NCBI GenBank assembly: GCA_017528045.1
Contig: JAFXPG010000010.1
Coordinates: 13,968 to 77,967, forward strand
DNA: 64,000 nucleotides
Reading direction: 5' to 3'
Source of the DNA: Alphaproteobacteria bacterium
GTDB taxonomy: Bacteria > Pseudomonadota > Alphaproteobacteria > Rs-D84
Each line of letters begins with the position of its first letter. Within the stretch, counting starts at the first letter, position 1. The notes under the pieces are model-generated. The model was not told where the DNA came from. It ran no database searches and worked only from the letters and a program-made list of their open reading frames with translations. Below, in pieces: positions 17,238 to 25,628 of this stretch. Position numbers and translations under genes: made by a program.

Positions 17238-19460
17238 TTAAAGTATATGACGTTTACCACTTGAATCAGGACTGCTGACAACACCATCTTGTTCCATACG
17301 TTCTATCAATGTAGCCGCTTTATTATATCCGATTCCTAAACGTCTTTGAATATAAGAAATTGTTGGTTTTTTATCACGTAAAACTATTTCTTTGGCTTGT
17401 TCATACAAATCATTAGATTTTGCTTCTTTTGATACAGGCATTCCTGGAATAACAGATCCCATATCACCAGATTCTTCCATTGTGACACCTTCTGCATATT
17501 CTGGTTCACCTTGTTCACGCAAGAAATCAGCAATTCTATTTACTTCATCATTATCAACTAATGCTGCGTGTATACGCACAGGCGCACGCCCTGCTTCACT
17601 GAACAACATATCTCCTTGTGGCAATAATTGTTCTGCACCTTTTTCACCTAATGTTGTCATAGAATCAATTGAAGAACGCGCTTGGAAAGATATACGTGTT
17701 GGGAAATTAGCTTTGATAACACCTGTAATAACATCAGCACTTGGACGTTGGGTTGCCATAACTAAATGAATACCTGCTGCACGTGCTTTTTGTGCTAATC
17801 TTTGAACGCACATTTCAACATCTTTACGTGCAATAGTCATCAAATCTGCAACCTCGTCTATGATAATAACCAAATATGCCATATCTGATAAATCTATTTC
17901 TTTTGTTTCAAATTCAAATTCACCAGTTTCAGGATCTGTACCAACAACGACTTGTTCTGTTAAAACTTCACCTTGTTCACGTAATTGTGAAACTTTCGCA
18001 TTATATTCACCAATATTACGAACACCCATTTTTTTCAGCTTTTGATATCTGTCTTCCATATCACGAACAGACCATTTCAAAGCATTTACCGCTTCTGTTG
18101 CATCTGTTACAACAGGAGTAATAAGATGCGGTATATTATCCCAAGCAGCAAAATCAACAGCTTTTGGATCAACAATCATTAATTTACATTTATCAGGTGT
18201 AAAATGGTAAACAATAGAAGTAATTATAGATTGAACGAACACAGATTTTCCAGAACCCGTACGCCCTGCAACTAACATGTGTGGCATTTTTGCCAAATCA
18301 TAATACATTGCATCACCACTGATATTAACACCCAAAGCCAACGGTATTGCATATTTAGAATTAATAAATGCTGGATTAGACATCAAAGTTTGATAACGAA
18401 CGATTTTTCTATCTAAATTAACCATTTCAACACCAATATATTGTGTTCCAGGAATTGGTGTTATACGAATTTTTTCTGTTGCCATTGCACGAGTCATATC
18501 ACGTGCAGTATCTGTAATTTTATTTATACGTGTTCCTGGTTCAGGTTCAAATTCATATTGTGTGACAATCGGCCCAGGTTTAATTCCAACAACTTTTCCA
18601 TATATACCAAATTCTTCAAAATGGTCTTGTAATAAAACAGCAGTTTGTTTAAATTCTGGTGTAATAACATTTTTACCAAAAACAGACTTTTCTAACAATT
18701 CAGGATCAGGTAATTCATATTCATGTGCTTGAGCATCAGAAACAGCAACAACAGATTTTCTGCGTGCACTTTTACGACGTTTTGGTTTTTCTTCTTCTTC
18801 GTTTTCTTCGTATTCTTCTTCTACTTCTTCATCTTCTATTTCTTCATCATTTTCTTCAATATCTTCTGATGGTTTAATTAAATGGAAAGCAGATAAAACC
18901 CATATAATTAAATTATATGTGGTGTTTACAGCAACTTTTACATGATTCCATGTTACATGTAATAAAATACCAGACATAATTAAAAAACATACAAACAATA
19001 AAATCCCAATAATCACAGAAAAATTCCCAAATATTTTTGAAAAATCTGCCGCTACTATAGAACCTGCTAAACCACCAAAAGTTTTCGAAACACTCATTAA
19101 ACCAAGTCCTGCGCATCCGATACATAAAGTGACAAATCCACGCAATAAATTATATTCAGGAGCCCTTTCTTCATTCCACCCAATCATCAAACTTAAACCG
19201 AAACGACCCAAACATAAAAACAAAAATAAAGTTGGAATAAAACCTATGAAATACCGAATAATATTAACAACATTCCCTATAAAGCTTTGCGTACCAAAAG
19301 AACCTTGGGCAGCAAAACCAGATAAATAAGGGTTTCCAAAAAACAATACAAATACCAACCATAAAGAAATCAAACATAATAAAATACCACAACCACGCAA
19401 AGCCAAACTGCGCAACACCACAGAAATACTTTCTGGTAAGAAATTTGATTTTCTATTCAT
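17238..19460 (-). CDS. ftsK: DNA translocase FtsK
   Basis: N-terminal TM helices, acidic linker, motor domain with Walker A GRTGSGKS and Walker B IIIDE, and a gamma winged-helix C-terminus (YIQRRLGIGYNKAATLIERME). Confidence 0.92.
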   Translation of the reverse strand: MNRKSNFLPESISVVLRSLALRGCGILLCLISLWLVFVLFFGNPYLSGFAAQGSFGTQSFIGNVVNIIRYFIGFIPTLFLFLCLGRFGLSLMIGWNEERAPEYNLLRGFVTLCIGCAGLGLMSVSKTFGGLAGSIVAADFSKIFGNFSVIIGILLFVCFLIMSGILLHVTWNHVKVAVNTTYNLIIWVLSAFHLIKPSEDIEENDEEIEDEEVEEEYEENEEEEKPKRRKSARRKSVVAVSDAQAHEYELPDPELLEKSVFGKNVITPEFKQTAVLLQDHFEEFGIYGKVVGIKPGPIVTQYEFEPEPGTRINKITDTARDMTRAMATEKIRITPIPGTQYIGVEMVNLDRKIVRYQTLMSNPAFINSKYAIPLALGVNISGDAMYYDLAKMPHMLVAGRTGSGKSVFVQSIITSIVYHFTPDKCKLMIVDPKAVDFAAWDNIPHLITPVVTDATEAVNALKWSVRDMEDRYQKLKKMGVRNIGEYNAKVSQLREQGEVLTEQVVVGTDPETGEFEFETKEIDLSDMAYLVIIIDEVADLMTIARKDVEMCVQRLAQKARAAGIHLVMATQRPSADVITGVIKANFPTRISFQARSSIDSMTTLGEKGAEQLLPQGDMLFSEAGRAPVRIHAALVDNDEVNRIADFLREQGEPEYAEGVTMEESGDMGSVIPGMPVSKEAKSNDLYEQAKEIVLRDKKPTISYIQRRLGIGYNKAATLIERMEQDGVVSSPDSSGKRHIL

Positions 19461-19500
19461 AGATACTATTTTATCACAAAATCAATAAAAGTGCAAAAAT

Positions 19501-20184
19501 CTATTTGGAATTAATTCTTTTTAAATAATATTTTACAATATCTGCACATAACATACCGATAAAAGCCCCCAAAACAACATCAGAAGCCCAATGTGCACCA
19601 ACATATATTCTGGATATGGCAACAGTTATCGATAAAGTCCATGTCGCCCATTTTATTTTTGGAAATAACATTCCTATCATAACTAATCCAGCAAAACTGG
19701 CAGCAGTATGTCCAGAAGGCATAGAATTAAAAACATGTTCAAATGTTCCTGGTTCAAAAAATGTGGTTCCTAAAGCGTCAAACAAAACAGGTCTTGAACG
19801 TCCAATTAAAACTTTCAAAATACCTGTTATAAATACTGCTGAAAAAACAGAACAAAAAACATAAAATACATAACTGTTTTTTATTTTTACAAAAGCATAT
19901 CTAAAATCATTTTCATTTGTTACAGCTTTATAGATAAAAAATATGATTACTGATAAAAAAGAAAAAATTAACCATACTTTCGTACTGAATATTTTTCCAA
20001 TAATTATAGCCAAAGAACAAATAAAACCATGACTTAAAGACCAAGCATTACAATCAGGTCTGTGAATAATACCATGCAAAATTTTATCTAAACCAAATAT
20101 ACCCAAAATAACAAAAAACAAAGTTATCAAAGCGGCATATAAAATCCATTTTATTTTTAAAGTATTATTTGATCTTAAAAACAT
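19501..20184 (-). CDS. PAP2-family lipid phosphatase
   Basis: PAP2 motifs (KVLIGRSRP, SMPSGHTA, SRIYVGAHWASDV) in a multi-TM protein. Confidence 0.8.
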   Translation of the reverse strand: MFLRSNNTLKIKWILYAALITLFFVILGIFGLDKILHGIIHRPDCNAWSLSHGFICSLAIIIGKIFSTKVWLIFSFLSVIIFFIYKAVTNENDFRYAFVKIKNSYVFYVFCSVFSAVFITGILKVLIGRSRPVLFDALGTTFFEPGTFEHVFNSMPSGHTAASFAGLVMIGMLFPKIKWATWTLSITVAISRIYVGAHWASDVVLGAFIGMLCADIVKYYLKRINSK

Positions 20185-20185
20185 T

Positions 20186-21694
20186 TTATAATCCCATTAA
20201 TTCTTCATATATTTTTTTATCTGTTAAAATCTTTGCACTAATTGCATCAGCCAAAGCATCTTCATCATCACCACTGGTAATATTTGGACATGCTTTACGT
20301 AAAGCTTTTACATTTACATTTTTATCTTTATTATAATCGTGTGCATTAAAATCACCATTCATAACATTTAAAAAGAAAACTTGTTGTTGTGAATTACTTC
20401 TTATATTAGATAAACAAACCAACGGAAATACTCCGCGACCATCTAAAATGTTTCCGTTTCCTGTTTTTACAGATTTATTTAATAATTCCAAGACACCACC
20501 ATTATTTAAATCTATCAAAGTGGCAATTCTTGCACGACCTGCAGTTGGTGTTCCAATTAAAACACCACGTTTTTGTTCATATATAGATGCTGCCAAAGCT
20601 TCTGCGGTACCACGTGTTGTATCAGATATTAAAACGACCAAAGGTTTATCTGTAACAGCATCGCCACCAGGTACAACTTCTAATTCATCTACAGCTGTTT
20701 CAGAAACAATCATCACTGGTTTTTGACCAATAAACAATCCAGCTAATTTAGCAGCTGCTTTTTCATCATCACCCATACTGGTTCTTAAATCCAGAATTAT
20801 TCCACCTATGTCATTATATTTTGCCAAAGCTTCATTAACAATATTCACTGCACCATCAGATATTTTATGAACTATAATTTCTAAAATACCATCTGTTGTT
20901 TCGTTACTGCCGCGGTGAATAATATCTGCATCAGCCAACACAACAGTTGCACGACGTAATGTTACATACCTATTTCCAAAAGGTGTTAATAATTTTAATT
21001 TAGAAGTACCAGAATTATATCCAGATAAAATTCCAGATATATCACCATCACTCATTTCAGATACACGTTGTCCATTTATTTCTGAAATAATATCACCTTG
21101 ATGTAAATCAGCCATATCAGCAGGAGAATCTTTGAATACACCTGTTATTCTGAAATTACCACGATCATCACGGCCGCCATCAAAACCTATACTGGTTAAA
21201 ATACGGGTATCTGCATTATTAACAGCATCTTTTGAATAAACATAAGAACCATTTTCATCTATACCATTTAACAAAGCACTTACAACAACTTCATACAAAC
21301 CTGTTTCAGACAAAGAACGCAAACGTTTATCTTTTTCACGCATTTTTAAAACCAAAGCTGTTGTGATTTGACCATATTCTTTCCAATCTTTTGCATTAGG
21401 ATACGGATAATTTGCAATCAATTCATCACCCCAAACCAAAACAACACGTTCACCAGTTGCAGCAATATGTGCTTCCTGATTTAATTTTTCTAAACTTTCA
21501 ATTGCAACTTCTAAAGTTTTACCAGCCCAATTAACAGAATCTAATTTTTCATAAATATCTGCAAAAACATCAGATACTTTAAAAACATTTATACCATCTT
21601 GAACAGGTGTATCTTCATGAAATAAATCTAATGCATATGAAGCAAAAGGAATATTCACCAAAATCAGAAACAAAAACATTTTAAAAAATTTCAT
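20186..21694 (-). CDS. S41 (C-terminal processing peptidase, Ctp) homolog with PDZ domain; catalytic dyad apparently replaced
   Basis: Signal peptide, PDZ (ITGVFKDSPADMADLHQGDIISEINGQ), and S41 core (...LISDTTRGTAEALAASIYEQKRGVLIGTPTAGRA...). The positions of the Ser/Lys dyad read Gly and Arg. Confidence 0.65.
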   Translation of the reverse strand: MKFFKMFLFLILVNIPFASYALDLFHEDTPVQDGINVFKVSDVFADIYEKLDSVNWAGKTLEVAIESLEKLNQEAHIAATGERVVLVWGDELIANYPYPNAKDWKEYGQITTALVLKMREKDKRLRSLSETGLYEVVVSALLNGIDENGSYVYSKDAVNNADTRILTSIGFDGGRDDRGNFRITGVFKDSPADMADLHQGDIISEINGQRVSEMSDGDISGILSGYNSGTSKLKLLTPFGNRYVTLRRATVVLADADIIHRGSNETTDGILEIIVHKISDGAVNIVNEALAKYNDIGGIILDLRTSMGDDEKAAAKLAGLFIGQKPVMIVSETAVDELEVVPGGDAVTDKPLVVLISDTTRGTAEALAASIYEQKRGVLIGTPTAGRARIATLIDLNNGGVLELLNKSVKTGNGNILDGRGVFPLVCLSNIRSNSQQQVFFLNVMNGDFNAHDYNKDKNVNVKALRKACPNITSGDDEDALADAISAKILTDKKIYEELMGL

Positions 21695-21727
21695 AAAATC
21701 CTCCCTTTTCTGAAATTGGTGATATTT

Positions 21728-22591
21728 TTAATAATCTGTATCTCTTAAATTAAAATGATACAAAATAACATTAGAAATATAAATACTGGTTAATGTTCCG
21801 CTGACAATAGAAAATGTCATAGCGATAGCAAATTCTCTTAACATCATTCCACCAAATAAATATATTCCAACCATTGCTAATATAGTAGAAACACTGGTCA
21901 TAACTGTTCTGTATAACATTTCATTAACAGATAAATCTATAAGATCGCTGATTGGCATTTTGTGATATTTTTTAATATTTTCATCTATTCTGTCATAGTT
22001 TACAACTTTATCATTAACAGAATATCCAACACCCATCAAAATAACAGCAATGGCAGTTTGGTTAAATTCTAATCCTGCAATAGAAAAGAATCCAAACATT
22101 AATACCAAATCAAATATTAAAGAAACAAAAGATCCTACTGCATAACCGCCACGATATCTTATCCAAATATATATTGCCATCATTACAAATGAAACCAATA
22201 TAGCCATTATACCACCACGTATCAATTCACCACCAATCTTTGGTCCAACAACTTGCATTTGAGTATATTCAACACGATTACCCAAAATGTTTTTAATTTC
22301 ACTTACACGGGCATTTTGTTGTTCATCTGTCGAACCTTTTGGTAAACCAACACGCAACAAAATTGCATTTCCATCTACGGCTTGCAATTCTGGTTTAAAA
22401 GCTGCCAAATCATGACGCATTTTATCAATGGTATAATCTGCAACTATCGGTTTTACTTCCATAGAAATACCACCAGAAAAGTCTATACCATAATTAAAAC
22501 CTTTAAACACAATAGACAATATGGATAACAAAACGCAAATACCAGAAATCCAGTATGATAATTTGCGATATTTCATAAAATGTAATTTCAT
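21728..22591 (-). CDS. secF: protein translocase subunit SecF
   Basis: Typical SecF length and TM layout (GIDFSGG..., 6 TMs), immediately downstream of secD. Confidence 0.9.
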   Translation of the reverse strand: MKLHFMKYRKLSYWISGICVLLSILSIVFKGFNYGIDFSGGISMEVKPIVADYTIDKMRHDLAAFKPELQAVDGNAILLRVGLPKGSTDEQQNARVSEIKNILGNRVEYTQMQVVGPKIGGELIRGGIMAILVSFVMMAIYIWIRYRGGYAVGSFVSLIFDLVLMFGFFSIAGLEFNQTAIAVILMGVGYSVNDKVVNYDRIDENIKKYHKMPISDLIDLSVNEMLYRTVMTSVSTILAMVGIYLFGGMMLREFAIAMTFSIVSGTLTSIYISNVILYHFNLRDTDY

Positions 22592-22616
22592 TGATAACTC
22601 CTTAAATCACATAAAA

Positions 22617-24176
22617 TTATTTCATTCTGATATAACCAATTTTTTTGCTTTTACCATTCATATAATAATCAATTAATATTTTTGATAAAACCAAACAAGT
22701 AAACAAAGTTGTCATAACACCGATAGATAAAGTTACTGCAAACCCACGAATTGGTCCTGCACCAAATTGGAACAAAATCAAAGCACAGATTAAATTGGTT
22801 AATTCACCATCCAACACTGTCTTTGTAGAACGTTTAAAACCATAATCTACCGCACGTAATGTTGGTACACCACTTCGAACTTCATCACGAATTCTTTCAA
22901 ATGGTAAAATATTTGCATCAACCGCCATACCTAATGTTAATACGATACCTGCGATACCAGGCAAAGTCAAAGTTGCACCAAACAACGCAGAAACACCTAT
23001 TATCATTAACAAATTAACAATCAAAACAGCATCAGCAATCAAACCAAACAATCCGTATAACATTAACATAAACACTAATACAAACAGTACACCAACAACA
23101 GATCCTATTTTTCCTGTTGCAATTGTATCAGCACCCAATCCAGCACCAACAGTTCTTTCTTCAATTACTTCTAATGGGGCCGGCAAAGCACCACTACGTA
23201 ATAAAACAGCCAAATCTTTTGCACCCTGTAAAGTAAAACCACCAGAAATTTGACCACGACCACCAGGTATTGGTTCACGAATTGTTGGGGCAGATAAAAT
23301 TTTTCCATCTAAAACAATTGCAAAACGTTCATTAACATGTTCTGTTGTCAATCTTGCAAAACGACGTGCACCAGAAGCATCAAATTCTGTTGTAACAACA
23401 GGCATATTATTTTGATCAAAATCAGCTTGAGAATTCTTCAAACTGTCACCAGATACTTCGACATGAGAATAAACAGGCAAAACCTGATTTGGATTATCCA
23501 TCATAGGCAAAAACAATGTTCCAGAAGGAGCATGTTTAGATTCCAATTGTGCATTTGTAATATTTTCATTAACCAAATGGAAAGTCATCTTTGCTGTTTG
23601 ACCTATTAATTCTTTAATATGTTCTGGATTATCAACACCAGGCAATTGAATCAAAATATATTTACCAGATTGAGATTGAATTGAAGGTTCCTTTGTTCCC
23701 AAAGCATCAATACGACGACGAACAATTTCAATACTGCGTGTCATAGCATCAGATATCATTTCTTCACGTGCTTTAGAAGTATAAGAAACACTTAAAGTTT
23801 TACCACTGGAAGAAACATCTACATTTGCACCCAGTACTTTCTTTAAGCGACCTTTTGCTTTTGACATATCACCACTGTCACGAACATTTAAAGAAACACC
23901 GTCACCTGTATTATGTAAATCAGAAAAACGAATTATTCCTTTATCACGATCAATCATGGCACTGCGAACTTCTTCGTACAACTGTGCAGATTTTTCTTTT
24001 AACATTACTTCTGTATCAACTTCCAATAAAATCTGTGCACCACCTTTTAAATCCAATCCCAATGGAATTGGTTGAATCCAAGAAGGAAAATAAGGTGCTA
24101 AAGAAGGTGACAAACTTGGCACTGCCAACAATACACCAAACAAAGTTACAAAAACTACAAATAATTTTTTAAACAT
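22617..24176 (-). CDS. secD: protein translocase subunit SecD
   Basis: LGLDLKGG motif, large periplasmic domain, and C-terminal RND-like TM bundle. Confidence 0.9.
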   Translation of the reverse strand: MFKKLFVVFVTLFGVLLAVPSLSPSLAPYFPSWIQPIPLGLDLKGGAQILLEVDTEVMLKEKSAQLYEEVRSAMIDRDKGIIRFSDLHNTGDGVSLNVRDSGDMSKAKGRLKKVLGANVDVSSSGKTLSVSYTSKAREEMISDAMTRSIEIVRRRIDALGTKEPSIQSQSGKYILIQLPGVDNPEHIKELIGQTAKMTFHLVNENITNAQLESKHAPSGTLFLPMMDNPNQVLPVYSHVEVSGDSLKNSQADFDQNNMPVVTTEFDASGARRFARLTTEHVNERFAIVLDGKILSAPTIREPIPGGRGQISGGFTLQGAKDLAVLLRSGALPAPLEVIEERTVGAGLGADTIATGKIGSVVGVLFVLVFMLMLYGLFGLIADAVLIVNLLMIIGVSALFGATLTLPGIAGIVLTLGMAVDANILPFERIRDEVRSGVPTLRAVDYGFKRSTKTVLDGELTNLICALILFQFGAGPIRGFAVTLSIGVMTTLFTCLVLSKILIDYYMNGKSKKIGYIRMK

Positions 24177-24187
24177 ACTTTCTACCT

Positions 24188-24505
24188 TTATTGTTCAACA
24201 CTTGCTATTGCATGTTTATTAACTTCAATAACAACGCCTTTTGCGATTTCTAAATTTATTGTTGTTTCATTTATTTTTTTTACAGTTCCATAAATACCTG
24301 CAGCCAACACACGATTACCTACCTTGATATTACTTAACATTTTTTCATATTCGGCTATACGTTTTTTATTTGGACGCACCATAAAGAAATACAAAATAGC
24401 CATCACAACAAGACAATAAATTATTAATCCCCAAGAATTACCTTGTTGGGCAATAATGTCAGCGTTTTGACTTACTTGATTTGCAACTTCCGCTGTTTGA
24501 TTCAT
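24188..24505 (-). CDS. yajC: preprotein translocase subunit YajC
   Basis: Single TM followed by MVRPNKKR..., the YajC signature. ATG 24505 is preceded by AAGGAGA; the upstream extension to 24586 is unlikely. Confidence 0.85.
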   Translation of the reverse strand: MNQTAEVANQVSQNADIIAQQGNSWGLIIYCLVVMAILYFFMVRPNKKRIAEYEKMLSNIKVGNRVLAAGIYGTVKKINETTINLEIAKGVVIEVNKHAIASVEQ

Positions 24506-24617
24506 GAATGATCTCCTTTTTTTATAAGAATAGACTAGTAAAAAAACAAAGATAAGTAAAGCACGAATTTTCGTTATTGCGCGCATTAAGAAAATTCATT
24601 AAACCCCTATTTTATTC

Positions 24618-24646
24618 TTGTGTAAAAAAATGGGTTTTGCTAAAAT
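24618..24646 (+). promoter_or_regulatory. sigma70-like promoter of leader/cassette A (TTGTGT-17 nt-TAAAAT)
   Basis: Hexamers with 17-nt spacing. The -10 lies 6 nt upstream of the conserved GTCAG, the same geometry as in copy B. Confidence 0.55.
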
Positions 24647-24652
24647 CACATC

Positions 24653-24865
24653 GTCAGAAAGAGTTTTTCTGATGGGGTGTCAAGGCCCGTTCAGCATGCG
24701 TCTGTGTTACGGACGTTAAATATCTCCAACTAAAACATGGTTGGAGGGTTGCGATATACATAAATAAGCACACAATTTCATGTTGAATTGTCTTGAACCT
24801 CCAACCGCCTGAATTTTTCCGGCGGTTCTTTAGTTTTTGCTGCAGTGAAACAAAAAAGGGAAACC
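24653..24865 (+). promoter_or_regulatory. conserved structured 5' leader (candidate attenuator / riboswitch-like element), copy A
   Basis: G+C-richer non-coding stretch. Hairpins P1 24654-24672, X:Y 24724-24730/24740-24746 and P4 24772-24791, alternative strand X' 24798-24806, and a terminator. Colinear with copy B on the opposite strand. Confidence 0.6.
24803..24838 (+). terminator. leader (attenuator) intrinsic terminator, copy A
   Basis: AACCGCC-11 nt-GGCGGTT followed by TCTTTAGTTTTT, about 30 nt upstream of the start codon. Confidence 0.65.
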
Positions 24866-25624
24866 ATGAAAAGATTCATATTATTTATACCTGTATCATT
24901 TATGTGCACATTTGCATTTGCACATACAATAAATTGGCATGTTGATGGCAATACATATCAAACAACAACATGTAATATCGGTAATGATGTGATACTGCCA
25001 AACACACCAACAAAACGCGGATATACATTTAAAGGTTGGGAAGAAGAACATTTTTTAAGGGGTCAATTTGAAACATGGACAGATGTTCCAACAACAGACT
25101 TAAGGTATTTACGTGATATTTATAACAATCGTGTTCCAGCCCACTCAGATTACATTATCGTAGAAGATGCCAGTGATTACGTTCCTCTTACATTCAATGA
25201 TAGTTTTGAATTTTGGAATGTATCACATAATTATCAAACTATATGGGCACACAGATATAACGATACAACCGTACAAAAATCAGTGGTATATACATCTGGT
25301 AATGCGCTTAAACCAGAAGAGAATTGGTGGGATTATTTTGGTCCAAATAACGAAATATTAATAAAACGTATAAACGGAAATATAATTGTAATTGCTCAAA
25401 CAACGTTGCGCTTTAATGGGCAAGCATATACTTCAGGACAAACCATATTATCAACAAATCTAAACGATTCATCAAATGATCATAATACACATGTTGTTGA
25501 ATTTTTATCAGGTACATATCAAACAATAGAAGGCAGATGGAAATTTATTTATTCTGGTACATGGGACACAGATGGAAAAATTGGTTGGATACCAGATCAA
25601 CAAATTTCAAATACACTTGAATAA
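24866..25624 (+). CDS. secreted protein with N-terminal Listeria-Bacteroides (InlB B-repeat-like) repeat; cassette A gene 1
   Basis: Signal peptide MKRFILFIPVSFMCTFAFA. TINWHVDGNTYQTTTCNIGNDVILPNTPTKRGYTFKGW fits the P..P.K.GY.F.GW repeat pattern (Flg_new/PF09479-like). The remaining ~190 aa are unrecognised. Paralog of 55955..56695. Confidence 0.6.
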   Translation: MKRFILFIPVSFMCTFAFAHTINWHVDGNTYQTTTCNIGNDVILPNTPTKRGYTFKGWEEEHFLRGQFETWTDVPTTDLRYLRDIYNNRVPAHSDYIIVEDASDYVPLTFNDSFEFWNVSHNYQTIWAHRYNDTTVQKSVVYTSGNALKPEENWWDYFGPNNEILIKRINGNIIVIAQTTLRFNGQAYTSGQTILSTNLNDSSNDHNTHVVEFLSGTYQTIEGRWKFIYSGTWDTDGKIGWIPDQQISNTLE

Positions 25625-25628
25625 TGAC

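Noticed and set aside
24845-24865. Upstream start codons for the cassette genes: GTG 24845 for A1, 25572 for A2, TTG 56722 for B1.
   Set aside because: The extensions would remove the signal-peptide N-terminus from the protein start, lack an RBS, and (for 25572) overlap the preceding gene by 50 nt. The internal ATG/GTG starts have purine-rich RBSs and give canonical signal peptides.
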